NCBI GenBank assembly: GCA_011050415.1
Contig: DRFS01000006.1
Location: 245,539-309,538 of the forward strand
Length of the DNA: 64,000 nucleotides
Reading direction: 5' to 3'
Source of the DNA: Halomonas sp.
Lineage (GTDB): Bacteria; Pseudomonadota; Gammaproteobacteria; Pseudomonadales; Halomonadaceae
Position 1 is the stretch's first letter; each line of letters opens with the position of its first letter. The notes under the pieces are model-generated. The model worked only from the letters and a program-made list of their open reading frames with translations. It had not been told where the DNA came from and ran no database searches. The position numbers and the translations under genes are program-made. Below are positions 38,665 to 50,300 of the stretch, in pieces.

Positions 38665-40680
38665 ATGGCGAAACGAACGGCAGGCTACACATCCTCAGGT
38701 ATTCGCAAGGCGGCTGCCCTCCCCGCGCTGCTGCCCGAATTTAATCGTTTCGAAGCCATTCGCCCACTCAAGCAAAAACCTGACGCGGTGATTGGTTGGG
38801 GGCTAAAACCCACCAGCATAAGAGCCAGGCAGTATGCTAAACGCAATCAGCTCCCTTATATCGCATTAGAAGATGGTTTTATACGTTCATTGGGCTTAGG
38901 TGTAAAAGGGTTTCAGTCGCATAGCTTAGTCGTCGATCAAACCGGCATTTACTACGATGCCTCGCGCTCTTCCGATTTAGAAAACTGGCTCAACACGGCC
39001 ACTTTCGATAGCGAAGAGCTGTTCCAGGCGGAGCGCTGCATGGCATTAATTGCCCGCTATCGCCTGTCTAAATATAACCACGCGCCAGACCAACCTCTTA
39101 AAGGTGCCCTCAAGGCGCGTGTATTAGTAGTGGATCAAACTGCGGGGGATGCCTCTATTCATTATGGCGGCGCTCAGGCAGCAAGCTTTCAACAGATGCT
39201 TGAGGCGGCATTAAAGGCGCACCCGGAAAGTGATGTGCTAGTCAAAGTTCACCCTGATGTCATCGCGGGTAAGAAGCAAGGGCACTTACTTAACGCAGCC
39301 GACCACCCGCGCTGTCATTTACTCGGGGAAGACATCAACCCCTGGGCACTGTTTGACCAGGTCGATCACGTGTATGTCGTCACCAGCCAGCTTGGTTTTG
39401 AAGCGCTGCTAGCGGGCAAGCAAGTTCACTGCTTTGGTATTCCATTTTACGCTGGTTGGGGGCTTACCCATGACCAACTACCCTGCGTGCGCCGCCGCAC
39501 TAAGCGCACACTGGTTGAAGTATTTGCCGCTGCCTATTTGCGCTACTGCCGCTACGCAAATCCCTATACCCAGCAATCCGCTACGTTGGAAGAGACCATC
39601 GCCCTGATCGCCGATCAAAGGCGCCAGCAGGAGCGTTATCGCGGCCCTTGGCTGGCGTGTGGCTTCTCCTCTTGGAAGCGGCGCTTTATCGGCAGCTTTT
39701 TAGGAAGCGCCGCCCGCGTAGAATATCAACCGATGCTGCCTAACACGCCTGCCAGCGAGCCTTCACCTGCTCGGCTGCTAGTCTGGTCGAGCCGTATTGA
39801 TGACGCGTTTAAAACGCAGCATGCCCAACACATGGCCAAGCTATGGCGCATGGAGGATGGGTTTATTCGCTCGGTAGGGCTAGGCGTTGATCTTACCCAG
39901 CCGCTATCGCTGGTGATTGATTCACAGGGCATCTATTACGACCCCAGCCAGCCCAGCGATTTGGAAACACTGCTCAATAGCAGCCAATTTAGCGATGACC
40001 TGCTGCTGCGTGCCCAGCACTTACGTGAACGGCTCGTCGCACTCAAACTCTCCAAATACAATGTGCAAGGCCAAGCTGACATAACGCTGCCCAAAGATCG
40101 CTATACGATTTTGGTGCCGGGCCAAGTAGAGAGTGATGCATCAATCGCCACCGGCTCGCCGCACATTAATACCAATAGTGGGCTATTAAGCGCCGTACGC
40201 CACGCCCACCCAGATGCCTTTATTATCTACAAAGCCCACCCCGATGTATTAAGCGGTGCCCGTGTGGGGGCACTCGATACCAATGCGAAACGCCTGTATG
40301 ATCTAGACGCCAGTGATATTGATATCGCCACGCTGCTAGAGCGCGTTGATGCCGTCCACACGATGAGCTCCTTAACCGGATTTGAAGCGCTTCTTCGTCA
40401 ACGCGAAGTCAGCACATACGGCTTACCTTTTTATGCCGGATGGGGCTTAACGCAAGACGCGCTTAGTTGCCCACGTCGTACGCGCTCGCTTTCGTTGGAT
40501 GCACTAGTTGCCGGTACGCTGATTCTCTACCCCGGCTATGTAGAACCAAAGACCCGTCAGCTATGTAATGCTGAAACGGTCATCAGCCTGTTGGAACGGG
40601 CAAGAACACAAAAATCTACCCTTACATGGAAACAGCACATTTACCGCTGTTATCGTAACTTGTTGATCGGAAGGCATTGA
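38665..40680 (+). CDS. kpsC: Capsule beta-Kdo transferase KpsC/LipA (WcbA-like)
   Basis: Two tandem domains, each with EDGF.RS.GLG, D..GIYYD, SKYN, K.HPD, TS..GFEALL, G.PFYAGWGLT. Confidence 0.93.
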   Translation: MAKRTAGYTSSGIRKAAALPALLPEFNRFEAIRPLKQKPDAVIGWGLKPTSIRARQYAKRNQLPYIALEDGFIRSLGLGVKGFQSHSLVVDQTGIYYDASRSSDLENWLNTATFDSEELFQAERCMALIARYRLSKYNHAPDQPLKGALKARVLVVDQTAGDASIHYGGAQAASFQQMLEAALKAHPESDVLVKVHPDVIAGKKQGHLLNAADHPRCHLLGEDINPWALFDQVDHVYVVTSQLGFEALLAGKQVHCFGIPFYAGWGLTHDQLPCVRRRTKRTLVEVFAAAYLRYCRYANPYTQQSATLEETIALIADQRRQQERYRGPWLACGFSSWKRRFIGSFLGSAARVEYQPMLPNTPASEPSPARLLVWSSRIDDAFKTQHAQHMAKLWRMEDGFIRSVGLGVDLTQPLSLVIDSQGIYYDPSQPSDLETLLNSSQFSDDLLLRAQHLRERLVALKLSKYNVQGQADITLPKDRYTILVPGQVESDASIATGSPHINTNSGLLSAVRHAHPDAFIIYKAHPDVLSGARVGALDTNAKRLYDLDASDIDIATLLERVDAVHTMSSLTGFEALLRQREVSTYGLPFYAGWGLTQDALSCPRRTRSLSLDALVAGTLILYPGYVEPKTRQLCNAETVISLLERARTQKSTLTWKQHIYRCYRNLLIGRH

Positions 40681-40681
40681 G

Positions 40682-41920
40682 TTGAACCCACCGAAGCGTG
40701 CATTCTTATTTTTACAGGGCGTTTGCTCACCGTTTTATCAGCGCTTAGCCAAGCGTTTGGTCAACGATGGCCACCGTGTGGTCAAGGTCAATTTCAATGC
40801 AGGTGATATTGCCTACTGGCAACGCACCCATGGCGAAAGTCATCTCTTCCGTGGCACCACGGCAGAGCTGCCCGGCTACATCAAAACCCTGTGGCAGCAG
40901 TATTCGATTACCGACCAAGTGGTGTTCGGTGACCGACGTCCCATTCATCGACCAGCGGTAGACAATGCCACTGCGGCTGGCGTACGTACCCATGTGTTTG
41001 AAGAGGGGTACTTTCGCCCCTTCTGGATTACCCTAGAGCGCGAAGGCGTCAATGGCCACTCGCTACTCCCACGCGACCCCAATTGGTTTTTCGAGACCGG
41101 CAAAGCGCTGCCCGAGCCGCCTGCTCCAGTGCGCTTTCGCTCCTCGTTTAAAATTCGCGCAATGCACGATGTTGGCTACCACTTAGCAGGGCTTGCCAAT
41201 CCGCTTGTGGCGCCACACTACCGCAATCATGCGCCGATTACCGCACCGGTGGAGTACGCGGGCTACCTTAAGCGTTTTAGCCAATTAAAATTCTGGAAAA
41301 AACGCGATGCCGAACGCATCAAAATGCTGATCGAAAGTGGTAAACCCTATTTCATGCTGCCGCTGCAGTTAAATAGCGATGCGCAAATTCGTGATCACTC
41401 CCCCTACGCCAATATGCAGGAAGTGATGGACGACGTAATGGCATCGTTTGCCCAGCACGCACCCAGCGATACCCAGCTATGTATTAAAAACCACCCGCTG
41501 GATATGGGCCTGGTCAATTACCCTAACATCATCAAACAGCTTGAAGAGCGTCACGGCCTGCAAGGGCGGATTGTTTATCTGGAGTCTGGGGATCTAAATA
41601 TCCTGCTTAAACATGCCAAGGGCAATGTGACGGTGAATAGTACGGTAGGCATCGTATCGCTTGAGAAGAACTGCCCGACTTTTGCGCTCAGCGATCCGAT
41701 TTACAACCTGGATGGGCTTACCTACCAGGGCAACTTAGCGGATTTTTGGCAACAGCCAGCGCCGCCAAACAGCAAGCTCTTTGGCTACTTTCAAAAGACC
41801 GTTATGCATGCGGTACAGGTTAACGGCGGCTACTACTGCCAGCCGGGTATCGATTTAGCCGTCGACAACGCCGCCCGCATATTAGAAGCCTGTCCGTCAC
41901 CGCTGGAGAAGCTGCTGTGA
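40682..41920 (+). CDS. kpsS: Capsule beta-Kdo transferase KpsS/LipB (WcbO-like)
   Basis: FLFLQG, FEEGYFRP.WITLER.GVNG, PLQLNSD.QIR.HS, IKNHPLD, VTVNSTVG, YNLDGLT. TTG start. Confidence 0.92.
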   Translation: MNPPKRAFLFLQGVCSPFYQRLAKRLVNDGHRVVKVNFNAGDIAYWQRTHGESHLFRGTTAELPGYIKTLWQQYSITDQVVFGDRRPIHRPAVDNATAAGVRTHVFEEGYFRPFWITLEREGVNGHSLLPRDPNWFFETGKALPEPPAPVRFRSSFKIRAMHDVGYHLAGLANPLVAPHYRNHAPITAPVEYAGYLKRFSQLKFWKKRDAERIKMLIESGKPYFMLPLQLNSDAQIRDHSPYANMQEVMDDVMASFAQHAPSDTQLCIKNHPLDMGLVNYPNIIKQLEERHGLQGRIVYLESGDLNILLKHAKGNVTVNSTVGIVSLEKNCPTFALSDPIYNLDGLTYQGNLADFWQQPAPPNSKLFGYFQKTVMHAVQVNGGYYCQPGIDLAVDNAARILEACPSPLEKLL

Positions 41921-42714
41921 GCCAACCTCAACCCTCTCGCTGCGTGCTGATTACCGGTGCTACCGGCGCGATTGGCGGCGCTCTGGCCCACGCCTATGCC
42001 GCGCCCGGCACGCTGCTTATTCTTCACGGGCGTCAACAGGATAAATTAGACGCGCTCGCGCAGAATTGCCGCCAGCAAGGCGCCCAGGTGACGCTCTCGA
42101 CAATCGACCTAACGGATGACCAAGCACTGCAAGCGTGGCTAGCTGATGTTTGTGCCCAGCAGGTACCGGATATTGTGATTGCCAATGCGGGGAAGAACAC
42201 CCACCCCCAAGCCCCCCAGGTTCTAGAGCCTTGGGTGGATGTGCAGGCATTACTAGATATAAACCTGAAAACGCCCATCGCCATGGCACAGCATTTAGTG
42301 CCCGCCATGCAAGCACGGGGCAGCGGCCAACTGGTATTGATAAGTTCGCTTGCCGCATGGCACGGCCTACCCACTACGCCCAGTTACAGTGCCAGCAAAG
42401 CGGGCATCAAAGCCTACGGCGAAGGATTACGCGGGCTGCTTGCCCCCCATGGCATTGGGGTGACGGTGGTGATGCCTGGCTACGTTACCTCGCCTATGTG
42501 CGAAGCGATGCCCGGCCCCAAGCCCTGGGAATGGCCGCCGGAGCGCGCCGCGAAAGTCATTAAGCGCGGCATTACCGCCAACCGTGCGCGAGTGAGCTTT
42601 CCCTTTCCGCTTAATTTCGGCACCTGGTGGCTAGCGGTGCTGCCTGCCGGGGTGTCGCAATGGCTAATCAAGCGACTGGGCTTTAATCACTCTGAAGATA
42701 CGCCCCATGATTAG
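41917..42714 (+). CDS. wcbP: Short-chain dehydrogenase/reductase, WcbP-like
   Basis: TGATGAIG, NAG, SSLAA, YSASK, PGYVTSPM. Confidence 0.85.
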   Translation: MSQPQPSRCVLITGATGAIGGALAHAYAAPGTLLILHGRQQDKLDALAQNCRQQGAQVTLSTIDLTDDQALQAWLADVCAQQVPDIVIANAGKNTHPQAPQVLEPWVDVQALLDINLKTPIAMAQHLVPAMQARGSGQLVLISSLAAWHGLPTTPSYSASKAGIKAYGEGLRGLLAPHGIGVTVVMPGYVTSPMCEAMPGPKPWEWPPERAAKVIKRGITANRARVSFPFPLNFGTWWLAVLPAGVSQWLIKRLGFNHSEDTPHD

Positions 42715-44317
42715 CGCTCTGATGTGGCCACTGCTCATAGGGCTACTGATCAGCGGTGTGTTTGAAGCCCTGCTCAACCCACGGCCACGCCCATTCTGGC
42801 AGCGTGGATGGGCAGCGAATGGTGTGCACCTTGGCACCTGGCTACTGCTATCAGGCGTGTTGGTGTTGCTACTTCAGCGGCCTTGGTTTGCGGCGATGGT
42901 GCTTCTGTCGTTACAACTGGTCGTGGTGCAGTCCAGCAACACCAAATCGCACACCCTAAACGAACCGTTTATCTGCCACGACTTTGAATACTTCTGGGAT
43001 GCCATACTGCATCCACGTTTATACGTGCCCTTTTTCGGCATTGGCTTAGCCATTGCCGCCAGCAGCGCTGCCACCGTGGCCATTGGCGCGTTCTTCTACT
43101 GGGAAACGTCATTAGTTACTAGCGAAGGCGCTAGCCTCTTTCTAATCAGTACGTTTGAGATCATTGCAATGGGGGTCGTGTTGCTCTCATTCAGCATTCC
43201 CAAGCTGCCAACCATTACGTTGCAACCTATTCAAGACCTACAGCGCTTAGGGCTGTTCGCCAGCTTATGGGCATACGGCATGGCGCTAGTGCGCTCACCA
43301 ATTCCAACCCCTGAGCAGTCGCCTTTTCATGAGTTAACTGAAATAGCCAAAGCCCACCAAGGTGACGAAACACTGCCTAACGTAGTGTTGGTGCAGAGTG
43401 AATCGTTTTTCGACCCCCGCCCCTGGTGTAAAGACATTGATACCAATTTACTACACCATTATGACAACACCCGAACCAATGCCATACTACAGGGTACGCT
43501 CAATGTGCCCGCCTGGGGGGCCAACACCGTACGTACTGAATGCGCCGTATTAACGGGCATTGCCCCGGCGCAGTGGGGAGCCCGCCAGTTCAACCCATAC
43601 CGCACCCTTTCACGCCACCCGCTGCCCAGTTTGGCAAGTGCTTTTAAAGCCGCGGGCTACCGGACAGTATGTGTGCACCCGTACCTGGCGAGCTTCTATT
43701 TTCGCCACAAAGTGATGCCCCAGCTTGGCTTTGACCAGTTTATAGATATCAATGCCTTCGAGAGCAGCGATAAAACCGGCCAATACATTAGCGATCTAGC
43801 AGTGGCACGAAAGATTGGACGACTGCTTGAAGATGACGATAATAGGCCGCTATTTATATTTGCGATCACCATGGAAAATCACGGGCCGTTGCATTTGGAA
43901 GCACCGAACCAAGCGCGTTTAGCCGATACCCTGCCTAATGCGACTTGGCCCTTGGCGGATCATTTACGTGATTTCGCGGTCTATTTGCACCACTTAGGTG
44001 AATCCGACAAGATGTTGGCGTGCGTTAAAGAAACGCTAGATTCAGCAAAAAGGCCGGGATTGCTAGGTTGGTATGGAGACCATGTGCCGATTTTACCAGC
44101 AGCGTATGCACACTTTACGCCGCCAGATGGACGCACCCCTTACATGTTATGGTCAACGCAGACAGAGGCAGCCATGAGCGAGTATTCGGCAAAAGCCAAT
44201 GCCGCTCATGAATTAGCCGCAAACGAACTTGGTGTCCAGTTGTTTAAACAGGTGTTTGGACACGCATTAAATAGCGATATGATCAAGGCAGAACCAGAAC
44301 CTCAGGAGCAAGAATGA
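42707..44317 (+). CDS. wcbQ: LtaS/sulfatase-fold membrane phosphotransferase, WcbQ-like
   Basis: N-terminal TMs; VQSESFFD, GANTVRTE (Thr nucleophile position), HPY...F.R, TMENHGP, YGDH. Confidence 0.85.
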   Translation: MISALMWPLLIGLLISGVFEALLNPRPRPFWQRGWAANGVHLGTWLLLSGVLVLLLQRPWFAAMVLLSLQLVVVQSSNTKSHTLNEPFICHDFEYFWDAILHPRLYVPFFGIGLAIAASSAATVAIGAFFYWETSLVTSEGASLFLISTFEIIAMGVVLLSFSIPKLPTITLQPIQDLQRLGLFASLWAYGMALVRSPIPTPEQSPFHELTEIAKAHQGDETLPNVVLVQSESFFDPRPWCKDIDTNLLHHYDNTRTNAILQGTLNVPAWGANTVRTECAVLTGIAPAQWGARQFNPYRTLSRHPLPSLASAFKAAGYRTVCVHPYLASFYFRHKVMPQLGFDQFIDINAFESSDKTGQYISDLAVARKIGRLLEDDDNRPLFIFAITMENHGPLHLEAPNQARLADTLPNATWPLADHLRDFAVYLHHLGESDKMLACVKETLDSAKRPGLLGWYGDHVPILPAAYAHFTPPDGRTPYMLWSTQTEAAMSEYSAKANAAHELAANELGVQLFKQVFGHALNSDMIKAEPEPQEQE

Positions 44318-47300
44318 CTAAACGCGTTGCCATTATCGGCGCCGCCCATCGTTTCCCCGGCACCACCCCTGAAACGTTCTGGCAGGACCTGCAAGCCGAA
44401 AAAGATTTAGTTACTGAAGTGGCCGCTGACCGCTGGAGCCACGAAGCTTATCAGCACCCTGATAAACGCCACCCAGGTACCAGCGTGACCTTTGCCGCCG
44501 GAAGCTTGGGCGATATCAGCGGTTTTGACGCTGATTTTTTTGGCATTTCGCCCCGCGAAGCGGCCAATATGGACCCCCAGCAGCGCATGCTCCTAGAGCT
44601 TGCCTGGGAGGCGATGGAAAATGCCAACATTCTGCCCAGCACCCTACGTGGTAGCCAGTGTGGGGTGTTTTTAGGCGTTGCCAGCCTGGACTACTCTTAC
44701 CGCATGGCAGATGACATGGCGGCCATTGACGCCTCCACCGCCACGGGCAATACCTCCAGCATCGCCTCGAATCGATTGTCTTACGTGTTCGACCTACACG
44801 GCCCCAGCATGTCGCTGGATACCGCCTGTTCGTCCTCTATGGTGGCGTTTCACCAAGCCTGCCAATCGATTCGCAGCGGTGAAACTACCATGGCGCTGGC
44901 GGGTGGCATTAGCCTGCACCTGCACCCCTATGGCTTTATTATCTTCTCCAAAGCCAGCATGCTCTCACCTACTGGCCGCTGCCAAGTGTTCGATGAAGGC
45001 GGCAACGGCTACGTACGCTCGGAAGGTGCTGGCCTGTTCCTGCTAAAAGATTATGATCTTGCCGTTGCTGACGGCGACAATATTATTGCTGTGGTGGCAG
45101 GCTCTGCGGTGAATACCGATGGTCATAAATCGGGGCTAACGGTACCCAACCCCAGCGCCCAGATTGACCTGATGAAGCGCGCCTATCAGCAGGCGGGCAT
45201 TGAGCCGGACGAGATCGACTACCTGGAAGCACACGGCACCGGCACCGCTGTAGGCGACCCAATTGAATCCCGCGCCATCGGTGAAGCCCTCGGCCAGCAT
45301 CGTAAAACACCGTTACTGATTGGCTCGGTAAAGAGCAACTTAGGCCACCTGGAAACCGCCTCAGGGGTGGCTGGGCTTGCCAAGGCGCTTTACAGCATCC
45401 AACACCGCGAAGTACCTGCCACTATTGGTATTCGCAAGCTCAATTCGCGCATCAAATTTGATGAGTGGAATATATCCGTGGTCACCAAAGCCCAGCCGCT
45501 GAAGAAAGAGGGACGCCTGATTATCGGCATCAACTCATTCGGTTTTGGCGGGGCCAACGCCCACGTTATTTTAGAAAGCCCGCCCGAGCGCGCCAAGCCC
45601 GAGCCACTTACACCCGCTACGCCGCTGCCCATTCGCCTCACTGCCCGCAGCGAAGCCGCACTTACCCAAAGTGCCGAAACGCTGGCGGCCTATCTGGGCC
45701 AAAACGCCACCGCGTCCTTTTACGATATCGCCCATACCCTGTTCACTCACCGTGACCACCACGCCCATGGCGCGCTGCTGTTTGCCCAAACAGCTGAAGA
45801 AGCTGCCTCGCTTCTTAGCGATTTTGCGGCGGGGGAAACGAAAAGCGTCACTACTCTGGAGCGCTTGCCCAAGGCCACAGGCCCGGTGTTTGTTTACGAT
45901 GGCAACGGCTGCCAGTGGGAATCCATGGGCCACGACCTGCTCAACGATTCGCCAGTATTCGCTGATGCCATCGACCGGGTAGATGCCATCTTCCAGCAGC
46001 ACGGCGACTTCTCGCTACGTGCTGAACTGGAAGGTCGCAATGCTGATCTGAGCACCGAAAACCGCTTTGCACTGACCGAGATTGCTCAGCCTGCCCTATT
46101 TGCGCTGCAGGTAGCATTAACGGAGTGGCTGCGTGCGCAAGGCATTACGCCCACCGCCGTGTTTGGTCATAGCGTGGGCGAAGTCGCGGCGGCCTGGGCC
46201 AGCGGCGCGTTAAGCCTGGAAGACGCGGTCAAGGTGATTTACTACCGCAGCGACTACCAAGGCAAAACCCGCGGCCAAGGCGAAATGACTGCCGTGGCGA
46301 CAAGTGCCGATGAGATCGCCGAGTGGCTCGAAAAACCCGAATTCGATCAGGTCTGCCTGGCGGGCATTAATAGCCCCAAAGGGATTACCTTGGCGGGAGA
46401 CAGCCAACAGCTGGGGGCGTTAGAAGCGGCACTGAGCAATCTGGATATCTTTGCCAAACGTCTGCCGCTGGATTACGCCTTCCACAGCCCGGCGATGGAC
46501 AGTATTGAAGCGGGCGTTATCAATGCTCTGGCCGATATTACCCCCCGCGCCACGCAGGTGCCCTACTACTCCACCGTGACCGGCACCCTGATTGAGGGTG
46601 TTGAGTTAGGCGCTACCTATTGGTGGAAAAACATTCGCGAGCCGGTGCTGTTTGACGCCGCCGCCAGCGCACTGATTGAGCAAGGCAACAATGTATTTAT
46701 TGAGATTGGTGCTCATCCCATTCTGCGCCGCTATCTGAATGAAACGCTTCGCCAGCTAGATAAAGCGGGCTTGGTATTTGGCACGATTGAGCGACACAAA
46801 CCTGGCATGGAAGGGTTACAGCGCTGCCTTAGTCAGTTATTGCTGAGCGGCCTTACCCTGGATTACCGCCAGTTCTTCCCGATTGAAGGCCTGCGTGTAC
46901 CGCTACCGCGCTATGCCTGGCAGCGTAGCCACCACTGGGTACATGGTACGAATGACAGCCAAGGTCTGCTTTCGCGCTACTACCAGCACCCACTGCTGGG
47001 CTACCCGTTGGCTCAGCACCAACATACCTGGGAAAGCCAGCTGGATACTCAGCGCCAGCCATGGCTTGCTGACCACGTGGTCGGTGAAGGCGCCGTATTC
47101 CCCGGCGCCGGTTTTGTAGAACTGACCCTGGCGGCGGCACTGCAGTTAAAAGATAGCCCGCTGCTGGACATTGAAGAGCTGGAGATTCGTGCGCCGCTGC
47201 TACTCGACGGCCCCCATGGCCGTGCCATGCGGCTTACCTTCGCGCCGGAAGATGGCCGCCTGGAGATTCACTCCCGCGAGCCTGCCACCGGCAACGAATG

Positions 47301-50300
47301 GCAGCTAAATGCCGTGGCCCGCACCATGCGTGAGAGCCGTGGCTTCCTGCTTAAACGTCAGGCGCCCGCTATTCCAAATCGCGCGCCGGACTACACGCTG
47401 GAAGATCACCTGCACATGGCCGAGCGGATTGGCCTTCACTACGGACCAGCCTTCCAGGCGATTTCCCAGGGCTGGATTGAAGGCGATGCGGTGATTGGCG
47501 AAATCGCCCTGTCGGATGAGGTAAAGGCACAGCTAGACACCTTGCACGTGCACCCAGGCATTCTCGACAGCGCCTTCCAGATGTTTATTCCGCTGCTTGC
47601 ACAACACAGTGGGTTTGCGTCACAGCTCGCCTTTGTGCCGGTTCGTGTAGGGCGTATTCAAGTGAATACTCAAGCGGGCGAACCAGTTATCGCGCGCGCC
47701 GTGATGGGCAAGCGTGCGCCGCACTCCTTCACCGCTGATTTCGAGCTGTATGACGCCGCCGGCAATGCCGTTGCAGTGTTGAGCCAAACGCGCTTTAAGG
47801 CGATTCGTCTTAACCGCGCGCACCATCAGCACTTCAGTTACCTAGATATTGAACTGACACCAGCGCCGCTGACGCCAGCCCCCCTGGTGTTACCCGCAGA
47901 AGCGCTCGCTCGCTTGGCCGATATCGCCAGCGTTTACGCCGAATACACTGGCCAGCGCTATGGCAATGAAGTCGCCCCGCTGCTCGACAGTCTCAGCGAA
48001 GCTTTTGCAAATGCCGCCACCGATGAGGCTCAGCACTCGCCAGACGTTATCTGGCAACTGCTAGTACAGGACTACCCTGACTACTTTGCGCCCATTCATA
48101 TGGTGGGGCGTTTAGGACTACATCAACAGGCGCTGCGTAGCGGCACCAGCGATCTTGAAGCGCTGGGCATTAGCCACGAAAAAGTGGCACGCTTAAACCG
48201 AGTACTGGTAGGCGAAAGCGGCTGGCAGGTGTTGGCAGGCGTGTTAGGAGAGATCATCGATGCGCTCATAGCAGAGCTCTCCCCTGGTCAACGCTTACAG
48301 CTTTTAGAAGCGGGCCCCAGCGCGCCTGCATTGGGTGAACGTCTGCTGGAGCGCACCGTTCACACGCTGTACCACGACCTTACCCATTACCGCGTGATCA
48401 CCACCCTCGACAGCGCACGCCATCAAGCCGAACAGCTGCAAGAGCGCTTTCCGCTGATCGATGTGGAGCATCTAGACCAAAACGATTTCGCATCGCTAAC
48501 CGCTCCCTCCAGCGTGGCAAAAGCCCAGGTGGCGTTTGTCAGCGTGGATATCACCCGGCCAAGCGCCACGCGCAAGCTTATTGAAGCGCTACCTGCACAG
48601 CTAGCGGCCGGAGCCCAGCTAATGCTGGTTGGCATCTCTCCCAGTCGCTGGATAGATGATCTACTGGCCACGCCAGGCATCGACCAAACCGCGCTGGAAC
48701 AAGACACCCTTATCGGCTGGCTCAACGATCAAGGCTTTGTGGTATCCACGCCCATGGCACTGGAGGAGAGTGAGAGTGGCGCTTACCTGCTGCATGCCTA
48801 TTATCCCTTAGATACGCCATCAGTCGAGACAGCGACCCAGCGTCGCCACCTGATCATCGCAGATCATAACAGTGAAACAGTGGCGGCCAATCTGATCGAG
48901 ACGCTGCAATCACAAGGCGCTTCTGCGCTGCTCAGCGTTAGCCAGAGCGCGCCTGCAGAGTTGTTGACCCACGCTTTGTCTCAGCCAACGCTAGCCAATC
49001 ACGCTGAGCACACGCTCAATGTCATTGACCTGCGCGGCCTGGGTGCTAACAGTACTGAAGCGCAAACCGCCCGCTGTGAGTACGCTCTTCAGTGGACACT
49101 AGCCCTAGAACAGCAGTCGCTTGACGCTTCCCTATGGCTGGTCACTAATGGCCTGAGTGCGCTCTGGCAGTCCACCGTTGCAAGCGCTGACGACGCGCCC
49201 GGCGACGCGGCCCTGTGGGGCTTTGGCCGATCGCTGGCGAACGAAGCCATTGGTCATAGCGTTTATCTACTGGATATTCCGGCCATGATCAGTGAAGCCG
49301 CGCTTCACGCTTGGGCCACACTGCTTGCCCAACCGGATAGCGAGAACGAAGCGCTGATCGACAATCAAGGCCACCGCTTTGCCACGCGATTACGTACGCT
49401 ATCGGCACCCCATCCAGGCATATCACAACACAGCGCGCAGCCACGTCAGGCCATGACGCTTGGCTTTGCCATGCCCGGCCAGCTGCGCCAGTTAATCTGG
49501 CGGCCGCGCCCACTGCCGGAAGCCAATGCCGACGAGGTGGAAATTCGTGTTAAAGCCACCGGGCTTAACTTCCGCGATGTGATGTACACCCTTGGCTTGC
49601 TTTCCGATGAAGCGATTGAGAACGGCTTCGCCGGGCCAACGCTAGGGCTTGAGTTTGCAGGCGTGGTCGAAGCGGTAGGCAGTAATGTGACCCACCTAAC
49701 GCCAGGCCAAGCCGTGGTTGGCTTCGGCCCGGCAAGCTTCAGCGATAACGTCATTGCCAGCCAGCATGCCGTTGCGCCGCTGCCGGAAGGCATTAGCTTT
49801 GCCGCCGCGGCCACCATTCCCACCACGTTCTTTACGGTTTACTACGCGCTTAAGCACCTCGCGCGGCTAGAGCCGGGTGAGAAAGTGCTTATTCACGGCG
49901 CTGCTGGCGGCGTGGGCATTGCCGCACTGCAAATCGCTCAATGGCTGGGCGCGGAAATTTACGCAACGGTGGGCTCTGAAGAGAAACGCGACTTCCTGCG
50001 CCTGATGGGCATCGAGCGGCTGTACGACTCCCGCTCGCTCACCTTCGCTGAAGAGATTCTCGAAGACACCAACGGCGAAGGTGTCGATGTGGTGCTTAAC
50101 TCGCTGGCCGGGGAAGCGATTAACCAGAACCTGCGAGCCCTGCGCCCATTTGGCCGCTTCCTGGAACTGGGAAAACGCGACTTCTATGAAAATACCCATA
50201 TTGGCCTGCGCCCGTTCCGCAACAATTTAAGCTACTTCGGTATCGATTCCGATCAGCTAATGAAAGTGCAGCCCGCCCTCACCCAGCGCCTGTTTGGCGA

